Below, piece by piece: positions 48,132-61,599 of a stretch of DNA of 64,000 nucleotides; positions within the stretch are counted from its first letter, which is position 1, and each line of letters begins with the position of its first letter. A model generated the notes under the pieces. It did no database searches, was not told the origin of the DNA, and saw only the letters and a program-made list of their open reading frames with translations. Origin of the DNA: Antedon mediterranea (taxonomy: Eukaryota > Animalia > Echinodermata); contig NC_092677.1 of NCBI RefSeq assembly GCF_964355755.1, positions 19,490,101 through 19,554,100 of the forward strand. The letters run 5' to 3'. The position numbers were made by a program, and so were the translations under genes.

Positions 48132-51100
48132 GGGCCGGATTTATCTAACTTGCTTAGCAAAAAAATTGTCTTAACTTTACCTTAAATTCATTGATTTTGC
48201 CTAAGTCAGATTATTAATATATATCTAAGCAAAAACATTTGCTTAATTTTGTCTTAAATCTAAGACGAACTAGAAAGCCACTCCGAGAATGCATACCTCC
48301 GCCTACTGTAAAATTCTCCTACATAAGATTTCTCCGGGAAAATATATATACATTGTGTGTGTCTTAATGCTGTTTATGATTTAGGCTAATTTCACTACAA
48401 GCATGTGTACCCTTTGCAAAAAAACCGTATACGAACGTATACGATTTACATACGTTTCGTATATGTTTCGTATAGGAAGTCCACTTCGTATACGAAACGT
48501 ATACGTCCATTCGGAAGTTCCTGCCCGCATAATAAACATATACGAACCGTATACGATCATTTATAAACAATTTCCTAATTATACGATCCGTATATGATCC
48601 GTATACGACGACGCGTGTATACAAACTGCATCGTATTACCAAGCGAAAAGGGACTGTCCCTCTTTTTACAAGACGACGATAGCATACGTTTACGATCGCA
48701 GGAGCATCTTGACTTCAATAATTAGTGTACAATTTGGTTTTTTTTCAGTCTGTATATGTACATTAAATTCCCTATGATGATTTAGTTCATAGTTTTCGCG
48801 AATGAAAATTTGGTGCTGTATTTTACTAGACGTTGTTTTTCTAGCAAGCATAAAAACCCACCCAGGCTGTTCTGCCTTGTTTATCCCCTCTGCTATTTCT
48901 TTACCTTTTGTATGTTCCATTAATAAGTGAATCACACAAAATGTGCTGTTATTAATTTGAAAGTGCTTTAAATAATATTAATGTACTTGGAAATAAATAA
49001 GTAAATATTAAATTGGGCCCGCAGTATATTAAATTTAAAACGAGTAAGTAAAATCCATAAATTACGATTTAATAAAAATGTAGAATACATGTGGCTCCCT
49101 ATTATATATATGGAATGATCCAAATAAATTCGCCCAAAACGTGCATGTGTTATGTGCGCTGCATGCATGCATCACATGGATGGATCAGATTTCATTCATT
49201 TTCAATCATCATTGTTGATTTTTTGGCTACGGGTTTTGACTCGCCATAAAAAAAAAATAAAAAATGGGATGTAGGCCTAGTTACAATAGGCCCAGGTAGA
49301 TAGTAAATTCGATGACTTCTAGCTAGCTAGGCTATAGGCATATTGTAATTGTATATATCGAATATGCAGTATATAGCTACTGCAGCAGCTCTAGTAAACT
49401 AAGAGTTAACTAGGCCTGGGGAAAATACGCCAAGGAAAAGAGTCTGTGGTACACTCATTGTGAAAATAAGCTAGCTAGCTTTCCCCCATATATTAGATTT
49501 GGTTATATTGTATTATTTTAATAACCTACTCTAGCTAGTAGTATATCAACAAGGGTGAAATGGAAATACGATGCATTATGGATATCATCGTTGCAGAGTT
49601 AGGGGGTGCCAACAAAACATTCAACAACCAGAAATACAAAAAAGAAGCTCCGACGTTTTTATTTAGAGCATTTTACTATTTTAGGCATACAGAACTAATT
49701 GCTGTAAATTTCCCAGAGTTGTCACTGATAAATACAATTTAACATAACCTACATATAACTTAAAAAATCCAAATGATAAATTGTACGCTACGCCCCCATT
49801 TTTATGCCTCCATCATTGATAAGCCCCCTCTGTACACACGACTGCCGGCTATTTGTTTATCATTTTAATGAATGTAGTACGAGTCTAACTCCAAATAAAG
49901 ATATAGAACACATTTTAAGAATTCAAAGTGTTGATCTTTTTTTAGAATCTGATATATATCATAAATCATCTTTTTACATAATATACAGCATAAGCATGTA
50001 CAATCTAATTTAATTGTCACACAATTGAATTAACAAAGGACAAGGATTTCAAATAAACTGTTACAAATAAACAATTATTAATGAAATAGTTGGGGTATTG
50101 TTGGGTCCATGGGAAATCAACAATGTTTTGTAGACTTATTTAATTTGTTATTTAAAGTTGAGGGTAGTTATTTTTTAAACAATTATTGGAATACCATGAA
50201 AATAAAGAAAGATATGTTTTATGATTTCTTAATCACCAAGCAGAAATGATGAAAGTAATTCAATCTATTCGCTACCGGGAATAAATTGAGATTCGATATA
50301 ATTGTATTTACTATCACCACTAATTGTGTTTTTTTTTTATTCATGTATAATTCATAATTCATACAATTTATATATATTCAAAATCCGAATGTATTCATCG
50401 TTAAATAATAATTATTATAATGACCTTACTTCTGTTTTGGGTCATGGTTTTCCTCTTCGGCATTGCCGAATTATTTACTCCATCTCCATTGCTACAACAC
50501 ACGTCGTATCGCGGAATAATATCGCTTAACATAACGATGTAATTTGACCACCCAAAGCTCGCACGTGGCGTGACAAATTGAGAACGACGAACCCGATGAT
50601 TCACCCGATGATATGCATGATTGGCCACCAGGGAGCCGAGTCGACCACGAGTTGGAACTGTAGGCAACCGAGCGACACTCGGTCATCGTCGGCGCTGCAC
50701 TTACTGACCTCTGTCATATTTTATAAGGAAAACTGCAAACAACATCGTCGATTTGTGAAAATGGCCCCTTGTTTTTTCTAGGCCTACCTAGTAGTATACC
50801 TGTTTAGCGTACATTATTTACTTGCGAAAAACGTTGTTTGAATTTTATCGGTAGCCTAGGCTATCTAATAAATATAGAAATAAATATGATCTTATGTTCT
50901 AGCTCCTACTACTTATTAATAATTAATACTACTAGGCCTATCTAATGGCTGGTGCTAGCTAGAGGGCTAGCCTAGCCCTCTAGGCCAGAGCCTACGTACG
51001 TATTTGTTGTAATGACAATTTAAATGTTTTATTTAGCTCTATTCTACTCATTACTGCTATTATAATTTATAAAATGGCCTACTTTGTTCGTATATGATTC

Positions 51101-51788
51101 GTATATGTCCCGTATACGATATTCTTATCATGAATAAACAACGTATACGTTATGTATGCTAAACGTATACAACGCCAACTCTTTGTGGAGCAACAGAGTG
51201 GAAATAATGTAAACAGTGAAATCGTATACGATCCGTATACGTCGTATACGTTTTCAGCATATACGGATCGTATACGGCTTTTTTGCAAAGGGTATACAAG
51301 TTTGGTGTAATGATATCGATCTTCATAAAGATGGCCTAGAATTGGACGAGCCAAATTAATATTTACGAGATAGGTACGACCCATTTGACTAACTTTTAGA
51401 AAACTGTATCGGCTGTCATTGATAAAAATGATTTTCGTATGTATTTCCGACTGTTGTGCTCTTTCTCTATTTCAAGTAAAAAAAACAATAGTAACCAGAG
51501 TGCGCCCTCTCTTGTTGGGAGTGAAAATACGGAGATAAAATGTTATAGCGCCACCATCGCTAAGAGAGAAAAAGCTAATGCGTAAGCAAGGATTTTTCGT
51601 CTTAAGACATAATTTGCTGCCCTCTAGAGTTTAATTTTGCGCATGTGCAAAGTAAAATTTACCGTAGACAATTTTTCTGCTAAGATGGTTTGATAAATAA
51701 GATTTATTTATTTAAGTTATTTGCCTAAGCACTTTATAAATATTTCAGCTTCAGCAAAAATATAAGCAAATATTGATAAATGCCAACC
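48132..51788. mobile_element. Harbinger-like MITE (CTG TSD) hosting an EnSpm-like element
   Basis: CTG|GGGCCGGATTTATC...TTGCTTA at the left and TAAGCAA...GATAAATGCCAACC|CTG at the right; degenerate TIRs. Confidence 0.5.
48410..51292. mobile_element. EnSpm/CMC-like non-autonomous element
   Basis: TA|CCCTTTGCAAAAAA.CCGTATACGA...TCGTATACGG.TTTTTTGCAAAGGG|TA, with dense subterminal CGTATACG repeats. Confidence 0.78.
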
Positions 51789-51851
51789 CTGAAGCCTATA
51801 CTAACAAATGTGTTGTTTTTTACCTTTGCCTATTTTTTATCCATTTTCTAG

Positions 51852-51917
51852 TGCATCAACGGAGTTAGTACAAATGGCGAAAATAGTAATGATGAAAGTA
51901 TATCAGTTGATAGAGAG
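51852..51917 (+). CDS. HEATR3: HEATR3 exon 8 (short, symmetric, acidic linker)
   Basis: CTAAC branch-like motif at 51801, long pyrimidine tract, acceptor ttttctag|. Encodes CINGVSTNGENSNDESISVDRE. Donor GAG|GTACAA; 66 nt, phase 0/0. The peptide is low-complexity, so support comes mainly from splice signals. Confidence 0.65.
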
Positions 51918-52194
51918 GTACAAGATTTTTATGGTTAATTTGTTGTTAATTGTTGATATGTTTTACATTTTTTATTTATTTTTATTTCACCTTATTTTTA
52001 GAGGGTGACTCTAAACAGCGTATGCTGACAATCAAGGGGCCCTCTTGATGAGTTGTGATAACTGTCTGTGTGATAATGACTGTGTCAACTCAATATTAGG
52101 AAACTTCTATTCTTCTAAGTACAACATTTTGTATAAATATAACTTTTCATCTGCATTAAATTGACTTGTTTCAAGAAATGTTATTGATCATAAA

Positions 52195-53200
52195 AAAGCA
52201 CCATGGTATCACACCTTGAGAGAAACAACATTTTGAGCAAACATCAACATGGTTCTTTTTGCACCCAACTCCTGGAATTCTTTCAAGATATTCATAATGC
52301 ATTTGATGAGGGTGACCCTGTTGATATTGTTTACCTAAACTGCCGTAAACCTTTTGATATGATGCCACATGAAAAACTAAAAGCAAAAGTGAGAGAAGCA
52401 AGTATTTCAGGAAAAATTCTAGTGGATATCCATCTAGTTTCTGTTAAGAGGCAACTATCAAGTTGGTTACTAGTGGAGTTATCTGAGGCTCAGTACTAGG
52501 TCCAGTGCTCTTCCTGATCTTTATAAATGATTTGCCCAATCAACGCAAAAGGCAAGCAATTGGCAGACGATGCAAATTATATTGCTGCATGCGCTAGGAC
52601 AATGATGCCCTAGACAAACACATAAAGTAAACGTTGGCTTCTACAGTTCAATGAAATCAAGTGTAACGTTTTTTACATATCATATTGGCAACACTGAACT
52701 TGTATCTGACTGAACCAAGAGATCTGGGAATAACTGTTACTACAGACATCAAATTCAAAATCCATGTAAATAAGCAAATAGCAGAATTGCAATGATTAGG
52801 CAGGCACACTTTTACTTCTTTAGACACAGCGATGTTTATCTATTTTTTTAATTATAAAATGCTAATTTGTTCGCTCCTCAAATATTTTGTACAAGTGTAG
52901 TCACCAAAACAAAAGACTCAAGAATATTTGAGAAAGCTTGTGCCTAACCTAAATGAAGAACACCTAGCAAAACTCCGTTTAACAACACTCAAAAGACCTC
53001 ATCGAAATGTTCAAAATCAACAGAGGGATAAAAAACATTAGGCAAACTCATTTTTCATTCAAAGACAGCACCCTGGAAGATTTATAACTAGAAAACATTC
53101 ACTTTATATTTATTATATAAAACCAAAATATACTTTCTTTGACTTCAGAGGAATGAATAAATAGAACTCACTGCCAGAACATGTCATTAACGGCACAAAT
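52195..53200 (+). pseudogene. Heavily degraded CR1 reverse-transcriptase remnant
   Basis: HLERNNILSKHQHG, VDIVYL..RKPFD..PH, SVLGPVLFLIFINDLP and ADD, with many indels and stops. Confidence 0.78.
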
Positions 53201-53588
53201 AAAAATACATTGTATCTGCCAACTATAAATAACCTCAACATTCACACAAACAAAAGGAGAGCAAGCATCTATTACGAGCATTAAGCTCACTGCCTCCTTA
53301 AATCTATATAATAAATACTACAATGAATAAAACTAAAATGAAAAATACATCAAAATGCAAAAACGCATTGTTAAAATACTTACAACAACGCTATAAGCCA
53401 GTGTTAAAACAATTAAAATTAAAAACAAACTAGATTGGAACATCGTCACTTTAACTTTGACAACAAACGCCACGTGCACATACAAATAAGTAACTCCTAC
53501 AAAAGGTAATTGATTGAGCAAGGCAAAATTTCAGAAAGATTGAGGTTAAAATAAGCGAGATGGGCTCTATCAAATTTAATGAACTAGT

Positions 53589-56500
53589 CTCTCTCTCGAA
53601 GTGCCATATCATGAGACTTTGGCGATCATGTTGTGCCACAATTCTCTGTCTATTGCCATGTTCAGCAACTCCATTTCTTTGGTATTCTCGCCTCTATTCC
53701 GAATCCATTCAGCTATGCTGGCCAACCAAGTGACTCTTTTTCTCCCCCTGCTCCTTCTTCCTTCTATTTTCCCAGTTATTGCCAAGTTCTCCAGACCTCC
53801 CTTCCTCAACACATGTCCCATGAATCTCATCTGTCTAATCCTAATATCCTTCAGTAGTTTTCTGCACACTCCAGCTCTTATCAATACATCTTCATTACTA
53901 ACTCTATCTGTCCATGGAATTCTCATCATTCTCCTTAGAAACCACATCTCACAGCTTTCCAATCTTTTTCTGAGGTCAGTTGTGATTGACCAGGCTTCAC
54001 TTCCATACATCAGCACAGGATAGATGTAGCAGTTTAATACACGCAACCTGGTTTCCATACTCATCGCACAGTTCTTCAAGATATTCTCCATTTCTCCAAA
54101 TGCGGATTTCGCAAGGACTATCCTTCTCTTTATCTCCGTTACACACCTGGCATCATCTGTTATTTTGCTCCCAAGATAATTAAAAGAGGACACCTGCTGA
54201 ATTAACTGGTCACCTGCTCGAAGGTTACACGTTGGACTCTCCTTTTTTGACACTACTAAACACTCTGTCTTACTACAATTTATAGACAGACCCATCTTTT
54301 CGCTTTCTACTACAACCACATCCAGCAACCTTTGGAGATCTTCAGCTGACTCTGCCAGTAGAACTGTGTCATCTGCATATCTGATGTTTGTAATATTTCT
54401 ACCACAAACTCTCAAACCCTTCTCATTCTCTAGCTCCCTCAAGATCAACTCGCTATAGTAGTTAAACAAGTCTGGTGACATTACACAGCCCTGTCTCACT
54501 CCTCTTCCAATACTTGTGTAGTCACTGCACTCCCTATCTACCCTCATGCATGCAGTCTGTTTCCAGTACAAATTTTGCAACAATCGAAAATCCTTTCCAT
54601 GTAGGTCAATTGCTAAGTTCTTGAAATAGCTGCTCATGCCTTACTTTGTCAAATGCCTTGGTGTAGTCTATGAAACACATGTATACATCTTTCTGCATCT
54701 CCACTGCTCTTTCAGTTATCATTCTTATCACAAAGATGGCATTCCTGGTGCCTGAATCCTTTACAAAACCAAACTGCTCACTCCCAATCTCTGGTTTTAA
54801 TCTACTTCTTGCTCTCATAAGTAGTATCCTCAGAATGATCTTGGTGACATGACTCATGAGGCTGATTGTACGATGTTTTTCACACTCTACAGCACCTGGT
54901 TTCTTCGGAAGGGCAATAAAAATGGACTTACTCAAGTCCTCAGGGAAACTTCCATCCTCATATATCTTATTGATCACTTCTTTTCTTTTTCTTTTCTTTT
55001 TTTTTACTCATCCAACAGCGAGAACTCGCCAATTACAGGATGGATAAACTATTTAATAATTTCATAATTTATAATTTATCGTGCTTATAAACTAAGTCTC
55101 ATTTGAGGCTTAGGGAGTGGAGTTAAAGAGTCATGAGTTACAACCCTGCACTAGGTCAGGATTGAACCCGGGACCTTGGGATTGGAAGGCAAGCACGTAA
55201 ACCACCAAGCTACAGCTCCACTACTTCAGTTAACTTTTCCACTCCATACTCTTCTAATGCCTCAATCATCTCAATGACTACACCATCCGGTTCTGCCGCC
55301 TTATTCTTCCTCAACATCTTGATTGCTGTTCGTACTTCTGCTTTCAAGATCTTTGGTCCTTCTTCTGAGTCAGGAAAGCTTGGAATTGCTTGTCTAACAT
55401 CAAAAAACAGCTCCCCGATATACTCTGTCCATCTTTTCAAAATATCAGTCTTTTCAACAAGCATTGTTCCATCCTTTGCCTTAATGCATCCAGAGTTTGA
55501 GCAGCCAGACTTCCTTTCAGTGATCTCATTAAGTCTCTGATAAATCTTGTAGTTGTTGTTCTCTAGTCTACTCTCAATCTCCTCACACTGGGTGTTGAGC
55601 CACTTTTCTTTTGCCTCCCTGCACTTTTGCTTAATTTCTGTATCTAGATCTTTATATTCTTTACTTGATCTACTACTAATCTTCTGTCTATCCCTCATCA
55701 TTGATAGTGTCTCTTCGGACACCCATTTGTTCTTCCTTCTTCTCTCTTTCTTGGGTAAGGATTCTTTGGCTGTCTCAACAAGGATGTCTCTCATTGTATC
55801 CCACGTAATCTCTTCACCTTCATCTACAAGGATGTCAAACTTATTCTTCACTTGAATGGAATATTCCATACGGATCTCCGGACTGTTTAGCTGCTCAAAG
55901 TCTAATTTCTGTACATTTTTGGCTTTCTTCACCTTTTTTAACTTTGATTGAAGTGTGCAAACCACTGGAATGTGGTCACTTCCACAATCTGCCCCTGAAT
56001 ATGTTTTTGCATGAGTCACTGCCCTTTTACACCTACTGTTTACTGCAATGTAGTCAATCTGGTTCCTCATCACATCACCAGGGCTCTTCCATGTGTATAT
56101 TCGTTATGGTCATATCTTTAGCTTTACACCAGTTCACCCATCTATCGCCACGCTCATATCTTTCACCCATCCCATGCTCTCCAACTGTGTTTCCATCCTG
56201 TCCATGGCCAACCTTTGCATTCAGATCACCCATGATGATATTTATCTCATCTGATTTGCATTGGGATTTGGCCTGGTCTAAGGTCGCATAAAAGTTATCT
56301 ATTTCTTCATCTGTGCTGTCAGCTGTAGGTGCATAAACGTGACTATGATAGAGATATTGAGGGGTTGTCCCTGCAGTTTGACCAGCATAACTCTTTCACT
56401 CACAGCCCAATAGCCCAGCATAGATTTAGCCATATCACCATCCAAAAGCAACCCTACACCTTTTTCATGTTTGTCTCCTCCAGCGTAAATCATCTTGTAA

Positions 56501-57164
56501 TCATCAATCATAAATTCACCATTATTTGTCCAATGAGTTTCATTTATCCCTAATATATTGATGTTGAGTCTCATCATTTCCTGCTTAACACTTTCAAGTT
56601 TGCCATCTTGATACAAGGTCCTCACATTCCACGTTCCTATTCTGATTGTACTTCTATTGCGGACAGTAGCTTTATGACGGTCGAGCTCCACCTGTCGCAC
56701 ATGAGACACCCTACTGGGCGAGGAGCCTCCTTCATACGAAGGATGTACCCCCTTTACGCCGTTAGCTTTCATTCTTGAATTGTGACACTTCATAATTGTT
56801 CTTGGAAAAATGATAGTGAAGTGGTTTCCCGTTGCCTTCTTCACCGCAGTCTATCAGCCATAAAAGGGATCACCATCCTGCCTGACAATGTGTGCTGAGG
56901 TCTGCCGTTGTCCTAGAAATGGATCTTCCGCCGAGACACCCATACTGCATCACTGCTGCCTAATGCAGGGCATGGCTAGGCCTATTTAGAGGTGGCCTAA
57001 ACTCGCCTCTACTGCAGAACGTATTTGGGGATATGCGGGTTTTATGACCCTGTTGGTGCCACCCAACAGTGCCCGACCCCCTGCTGTTACTGCAGTCCTC
57101 CTTTAGTCGCCTCTTACGACACGCGAAGCTTTCGTGGGGGGTATTCTTTTATCAGACCCTCCCC
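53589..57164 (-). mobile_element. Apparently full-length RTE-clade LINE (disrupted single EN-RT ORF)
   Basis: Exact 10-bp TSD ATGAACTAGT (53579-53588, 57165-57174). Motifs GTWNVRTL, MGDLNAKVG, RNQIDYI, GSDH, GVRQGCVMSP and YADD; RTE-type leader motif GAAGGCAACGGGAAACCAC; (GA)n tail; frameshifts and a SINE insertion. Confidence 0.93.
54981..55218 (-). mobile_element. tRNA-derived SINE inserted in the RTE ORF
   Basis: Minus strand: A box TAGCTTGGTGG, B box GGTTCAATCC, A-rich (AAAAG)n tail. Removal rejoins EKLTEV|INKIYEDG. Confidence 0.88.
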
Positions 57165-57473
57165 ATGAACTAGTACAAAAGAGAAAAAAACCCTATTTTA
57201 AAAATGTGCAAGCAAAATGGTTACATGAATTCATTAGTTTTCATAATAAGTTGAAAAAATGGTGGGTCACCGTTCATCCTGAAGCCCTATAATAGATTCA
57301 AAATAGGCATATTATTTCAGAAATCTGCATTAAATTAGCCATTTTTTAGCACACAAATTTTATAGTTTAACGTGCACGGCCACGTGCGTCATTATTTCAC
57401 AATTAAAGTTCATACAAAAAAAATATCAGTTGCAAAAATGGTCTTCCTACGCTATGTACATGTTTTTTTGGAG

Positions 57474-57600
57474 TGGGGTTGTGGCTTGGTGGTTATGATG
57501 CTTGGCTACCACTCCACGTCACATGTCAGGATTTTTTCTAAGGACAAAATTACAACTCCACTCCCAAAGACTTGTAAGACTTTGTTTATGTAGAGCATCT
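57474..57600 (+). mobile_element. Degenerate copy of the same SINE family
   Basis: GGGGTTGTGGCTTGGTGGTT...AACTCCACTCCC...AGACTTTGTTTAT resembles the reverse complement of 55085-55218. Confidence 0.55.
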
Positions 57601-58058
57601 TGTGTATATGTTTGTCTTGTGAACCTCTGAGGGTCCCTAGTTGTAAATTGATGAAAATGGAGTTAGATCTGCTTTAATAATATGCTGTCCACTTTTTTAA
57701 GGTCTCTCGATATTTTTCTTATCATTTTCATATTATATACATCCAATTTAAATGCTAAATATAAAATACTTAAAATAATACTTTGATAAAACAGGATTAA
57801 AATAGTCTAATCAACTCTATTGAGCTTTCTGTTGTCTGCACAATGGTTAACAAACAAACAGCATTAACTCCATGTTCAGTAGATTGAAAGTAGCCCTTCA
57901 ACATATATAGTGCTCCAAAATAACCTTTCTTAGATACAGGCTTAGATTGGCTTGTAGACTTGTCTTTAAATTACATTGTCAGGCACATGTTTTACTTGCA
58001 TGCAGCTGCAGATCCCTTTCCTATATATAGACAGTATAAAGAATAAATAATAATATTA

Positions 58059-58557
58059 GGGAGGTTTCGCAATCTTACGAATACGAAAGCGGATACGTCA
58101 AGCACACATATTCTTTTTTCGTAAGCCAGTAAAAATCTGTATCGCATGGCAACGAAATATTGAGGGCGCCGTCCAAAATATGACTGCGGTAAATTTGAGT
58201 GAAGCGTAGGTACGTGTTGGTGCTTGGCTGCCTAGGCCTACCTACCGTAGCATCAAAGCGAGTGAGGACTTTAAAAACTGCTATTTATCAAAATTGACAT
58301 GGCATTTTACCAAATTACTTTTAGTAAATTACTTTCAATAAAAGTATAATTATATTATAATCATGAATCATTCCTGATTCAAATGCAAAATGTGCAAAAT
58401 AGATCAAAAACTATACTTGTGTAGTTACGAATATGACTGGTGATATTCGTCAACACGAATACGCTTCGTCAACACGAATATGAAATGGGGATCAGCTTAA
58501 AGTTTCACAAATGTGTGACGTTTTCGTTATCGTATTCGTAACGTTGCGAAACCTCCC
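58059..58557. mobile_element. PIF/Harbinger-like MITE ending 49 bp before exon 9
   Basis: TTA|GGGAGGTTTCGCAA..TTACGAATACGA...TCGTATTCGTAA..TTGCGAAACCTCCC|TTA. Confidence 0.85.
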
Positions 58558-58606
58558 TTATACTACATTTTTACTGATTTAAAAAAACTTCTATTTTTTC
58601 CCATAG

Positions 58607-58697
58607 CCATCTAATAAGAAAGTTGAAGATTTGAAGAGCCTAATATTAAGTCAACAGACAGCTCTGGAGATCATCTCAAATTTGTCATGCTTCGAAG
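58607..58697 (+). CDS. HEATR3: HEATR3 exon 9
   Basis: Acceptor ttttcccatag|. Encodes PSNKKVEDLKSLILSQQTALEIISNLSCFE (QQxALEIxxN motif). Donor AAG|GTAATT; 91 nt. Confidence 0.9.
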
Positions 58698-58910
58698 GTA
58701 ATTTTGTCTGTTAGTACAGTCAACTCCCCTTGTCAAGTCGCCCTTGTATAAGTCGAAAAATAACAAAGGTCAAATTTTTCAATTAGTCAATTATTTCCTA
58801 TACATTAGTTTAATTTTTATTTGTAGATATCTTTTTTAGGTACAAATACTCATTTAGTGTATTCACAAATCATGCGGTAATAGCATGCCAAAAAAGGCAT
58901 CAAAACACAG

Positions 58911-59826
58911 ACGCCCGTATTCTTAAACCGGACTTTAGTCGTAGTTCGTAGTTCGACTTGAAAAAGTCGTAGTTCGAGCTATTACTTCAAATTCGATTCA
59001 AAAACGAAGTAGTCGAAGTTTGCAGTTCGACTTAATGAAGTCGAGTTGCACACGTCTGGGTAACAAAGGCTATACATTGGCCAATGACGAGAGAGTATTT
59101 GAGGAGCAGACGAAATGTTGCGCATTGATATCACTTTCCATTTCTTACAACACTTTTTACGCATCAGGACTATATACATGAAAAATAATTTTAATCGTTA
59201 ATTATTAGAACAATATCAGTATTAATTTAACAGTGAAGTATATTTGATTAACAACAAATAAAATCTTCAAAATATATTTAGGAACCATGGCGGTACGGTA
59301 ACTTTTATATTTTCTAGGCCCCCAACAAAGTATGATCGCGACGAACCACGCACTTCATAGCGTGACAAGAAAGCGCTAGGCCTCCTAAACATTCCATCGC
59401 GTGGTGAATTGCCGCATCTCCCATTGTCGCTATGGCGTGACGTAGCTCAAGTCGGACTTGCGCGAAGAAAATAATGTAATTTGTATACAGTTGTAAATAA
59501 AGATGATTTTCATTATTATAACTTATACTAATGTATATTTAATTAAGCTAATATAAATATAGATATTTCATTCTTCAATGTCTGGCCAATATAACAACTC
59601 AATGACTGTTACGTTTTTTATAAACATCGTTTAAAAACCATTTAGTCGACCATTTAGCCTGCCCCCTACAGGATTAAAAAAATCGATCAAAACCGTCTCG
59701 ATTTAGTCGAGGTTGGCCTGAATTAGTCGACGATTTAGTTGAAGTTCGGTTTACGAATTAAAATGACGTCATTTTTTTAGTTTTAGCTCAAACTACGACT
59801 AAAGTCCGGTTTAAGAATACGGGCGT
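58911..59826. mobile_element. Harbinger-like MITE
   Basis: Perfect ~35-bp TIR ACGCCCGTATTCTTAAACCGGACTTTAGTCGTAGTT; flanks CAG/AAG. Confidence 0.78.
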
Positions 59827-60249
59827 AAGGCGTAATGTCCAAATGCTTTCAAACTGACAAAGCGTGTAAATTGCGTTTTCTTGTTGTAGCGTTGGCGTGA
59901 AAAATCTAAAATTGTCAGACCATTTGGAAAATGGACAATATGCATAGTAGCTTGTAATAGTTCCACCCACTAACATGCTTGACTGATTTTAACGAATCGT
60001 TTAACATTGTTGCGCATCGCTTCGTGTAACATCGTTTGACACTGCGTTACCCATTGGCAACCTGGCTCAGTCTTAAGGACTGGATACACATGCAATTCTG
60101 TTGAGCACTCATTGCAATGTAGAAAAGACAGGATGCATTCTATTAATGTGAACTATAGATGCCAAAATAATTCTTTTGAAAAAAAAAAGTCTTACAAGAT
60201 TGAAAGGCTAACAATAAATTAAATATAACAATGTTTTTTTTGTCCATAG

Positions 60250-60353
60250 ATGAGAGTGATGATTGGGCTGATATGGATTGTAGTGGTAGCAGTAGTAGCG
60301 AAGATGGCCTTGATGATGAAGTGGACGTAATGGATGAAGAACCAGTGATGATG
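60250..60353 (+). CDS. HEATR3: HEATR3 exon 10 (acidic loop)
   Basis: Acceptor tgtccatag|AT. Encodes DESDDWADMDCSGSSSSEDGLDDEVDVMDEEPVMM. Donor ATG|GTACAT; 104 nt. Confidence 0.85.
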
Positions 60354-61536
60354 GTACATTAGTAGTTAATGGTCTAATGCTTCAGTGCAAAAAATGTCTA
60401 TAGACGCTTTTGTTCATAGGGACATTCTATTGAAAATATGTTTTGTTAAAATTAACCATTAAATATGAAAAAAAAAATGATGCAGTCCATTGCATTTGTC
60501 TTAACGTGTGTACAGACCGGAACTGTAATTATCATTATCAATCAATTATCAATCTTTGTTTGTTTTGAAAATAGGTGGGTGTTTTCAAAAAATATTATTA
60601 GGCCCCATAATTTAGCACTTTATTTTAAAATTCCTAATAAATTTTTTTAATATATAAATAACGTGGTCACCAGCTTATTCCAGATTGGTTTGATGTTCCC
60701 AGTCGCGTCTGAAAACCCTGTTCAGCAGCAATTCTTTTAGATATTCTGTTTCTGCACATGTTTTCAGTATGTAATGTGTGTCTTGAGGGCCAATGATTGT
60801 GTAGCCTTTTCAATGCTAACTTTGTGTATTAAATAGCTATATCTTAAAATAAAACATTCCCATTAGCAACCCCAATACCTTTGTGTCACGGTCAAGCATG
60901 AGTGTCCTTTTCAAACTGGTGCTACAAGATTTTAAGCTAGTGTTGAGAGGAATTTAGAGAATTTACTAAAATGTTGTGTTGTTTTTACAAAACAATAAAG
61001 CAAACAAATTATCTCTCTACCCCAAGACCTCATCTAATTGGTCGAGAAATCCCTAAATTTTTGGCTCGAAAGAATTCCTGCTGTTTGTAAATGAAAATGA
61101 GCTTTCTGACAACCTTAAATATTTTGTAGCAGACTGGCCTAATAGAAAGTGGGATCGGGCAGCTCCAGCTAATAAATATTCATGATAGTTTGCTAAATAG
61201 ATCTGCTGATGACTAGACGCATCTTAAATACCGTGTTAGGCTGGACTTGTTTTTGTGGTCTGGAATAAATAAACCTATAAACCAGCCTCTTTCACTATGT
61301 ATACATTATATTTACATTACATACACAAATTTTTTATTTAAAAACAAAAATTATTAAATTAACATTATTTGTCAGTAACGATGTCCATTAATGTTTGTGT
61401 TCAACATGTTTAATAATCACTTCGATTATTTATTGATTCTAATTATCTTTGGTTACATAAAAAAAAAAACATCCAGTCCATAGGTGGGCTATTCATATTT
61501 ACATTTCATTAATTTGATTTGTTTTCTTATTTATAG

Positions 61537-61599
61537 AGTCCTCTTTGTTTGTCTTCAGAAATACACAATGCTTTAGTTGCTCAGAATATACCAGTAAAG
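61537..61599 (+). CDS. HEATR3: HEATR3 exon 11
   Basis: Acceptor atttatag|. Encodes SPLCLSSEIHNALVAQNIPVK. Donor AAG|GTAATT; 63 nt. Confidence 0.88.

Noticed and set aside
55130-55218. tRNA-like sequences (also 40310-40404)
   Set aside because: SINE heads with A/B boxes followed by non-tRNA bodies and A-rich tails; no complete cloverleaf.
53601-56553. Several + strand ORFs of 60-140 aa
   Set aside because: Antisense shadows of the RTE coding sequence.
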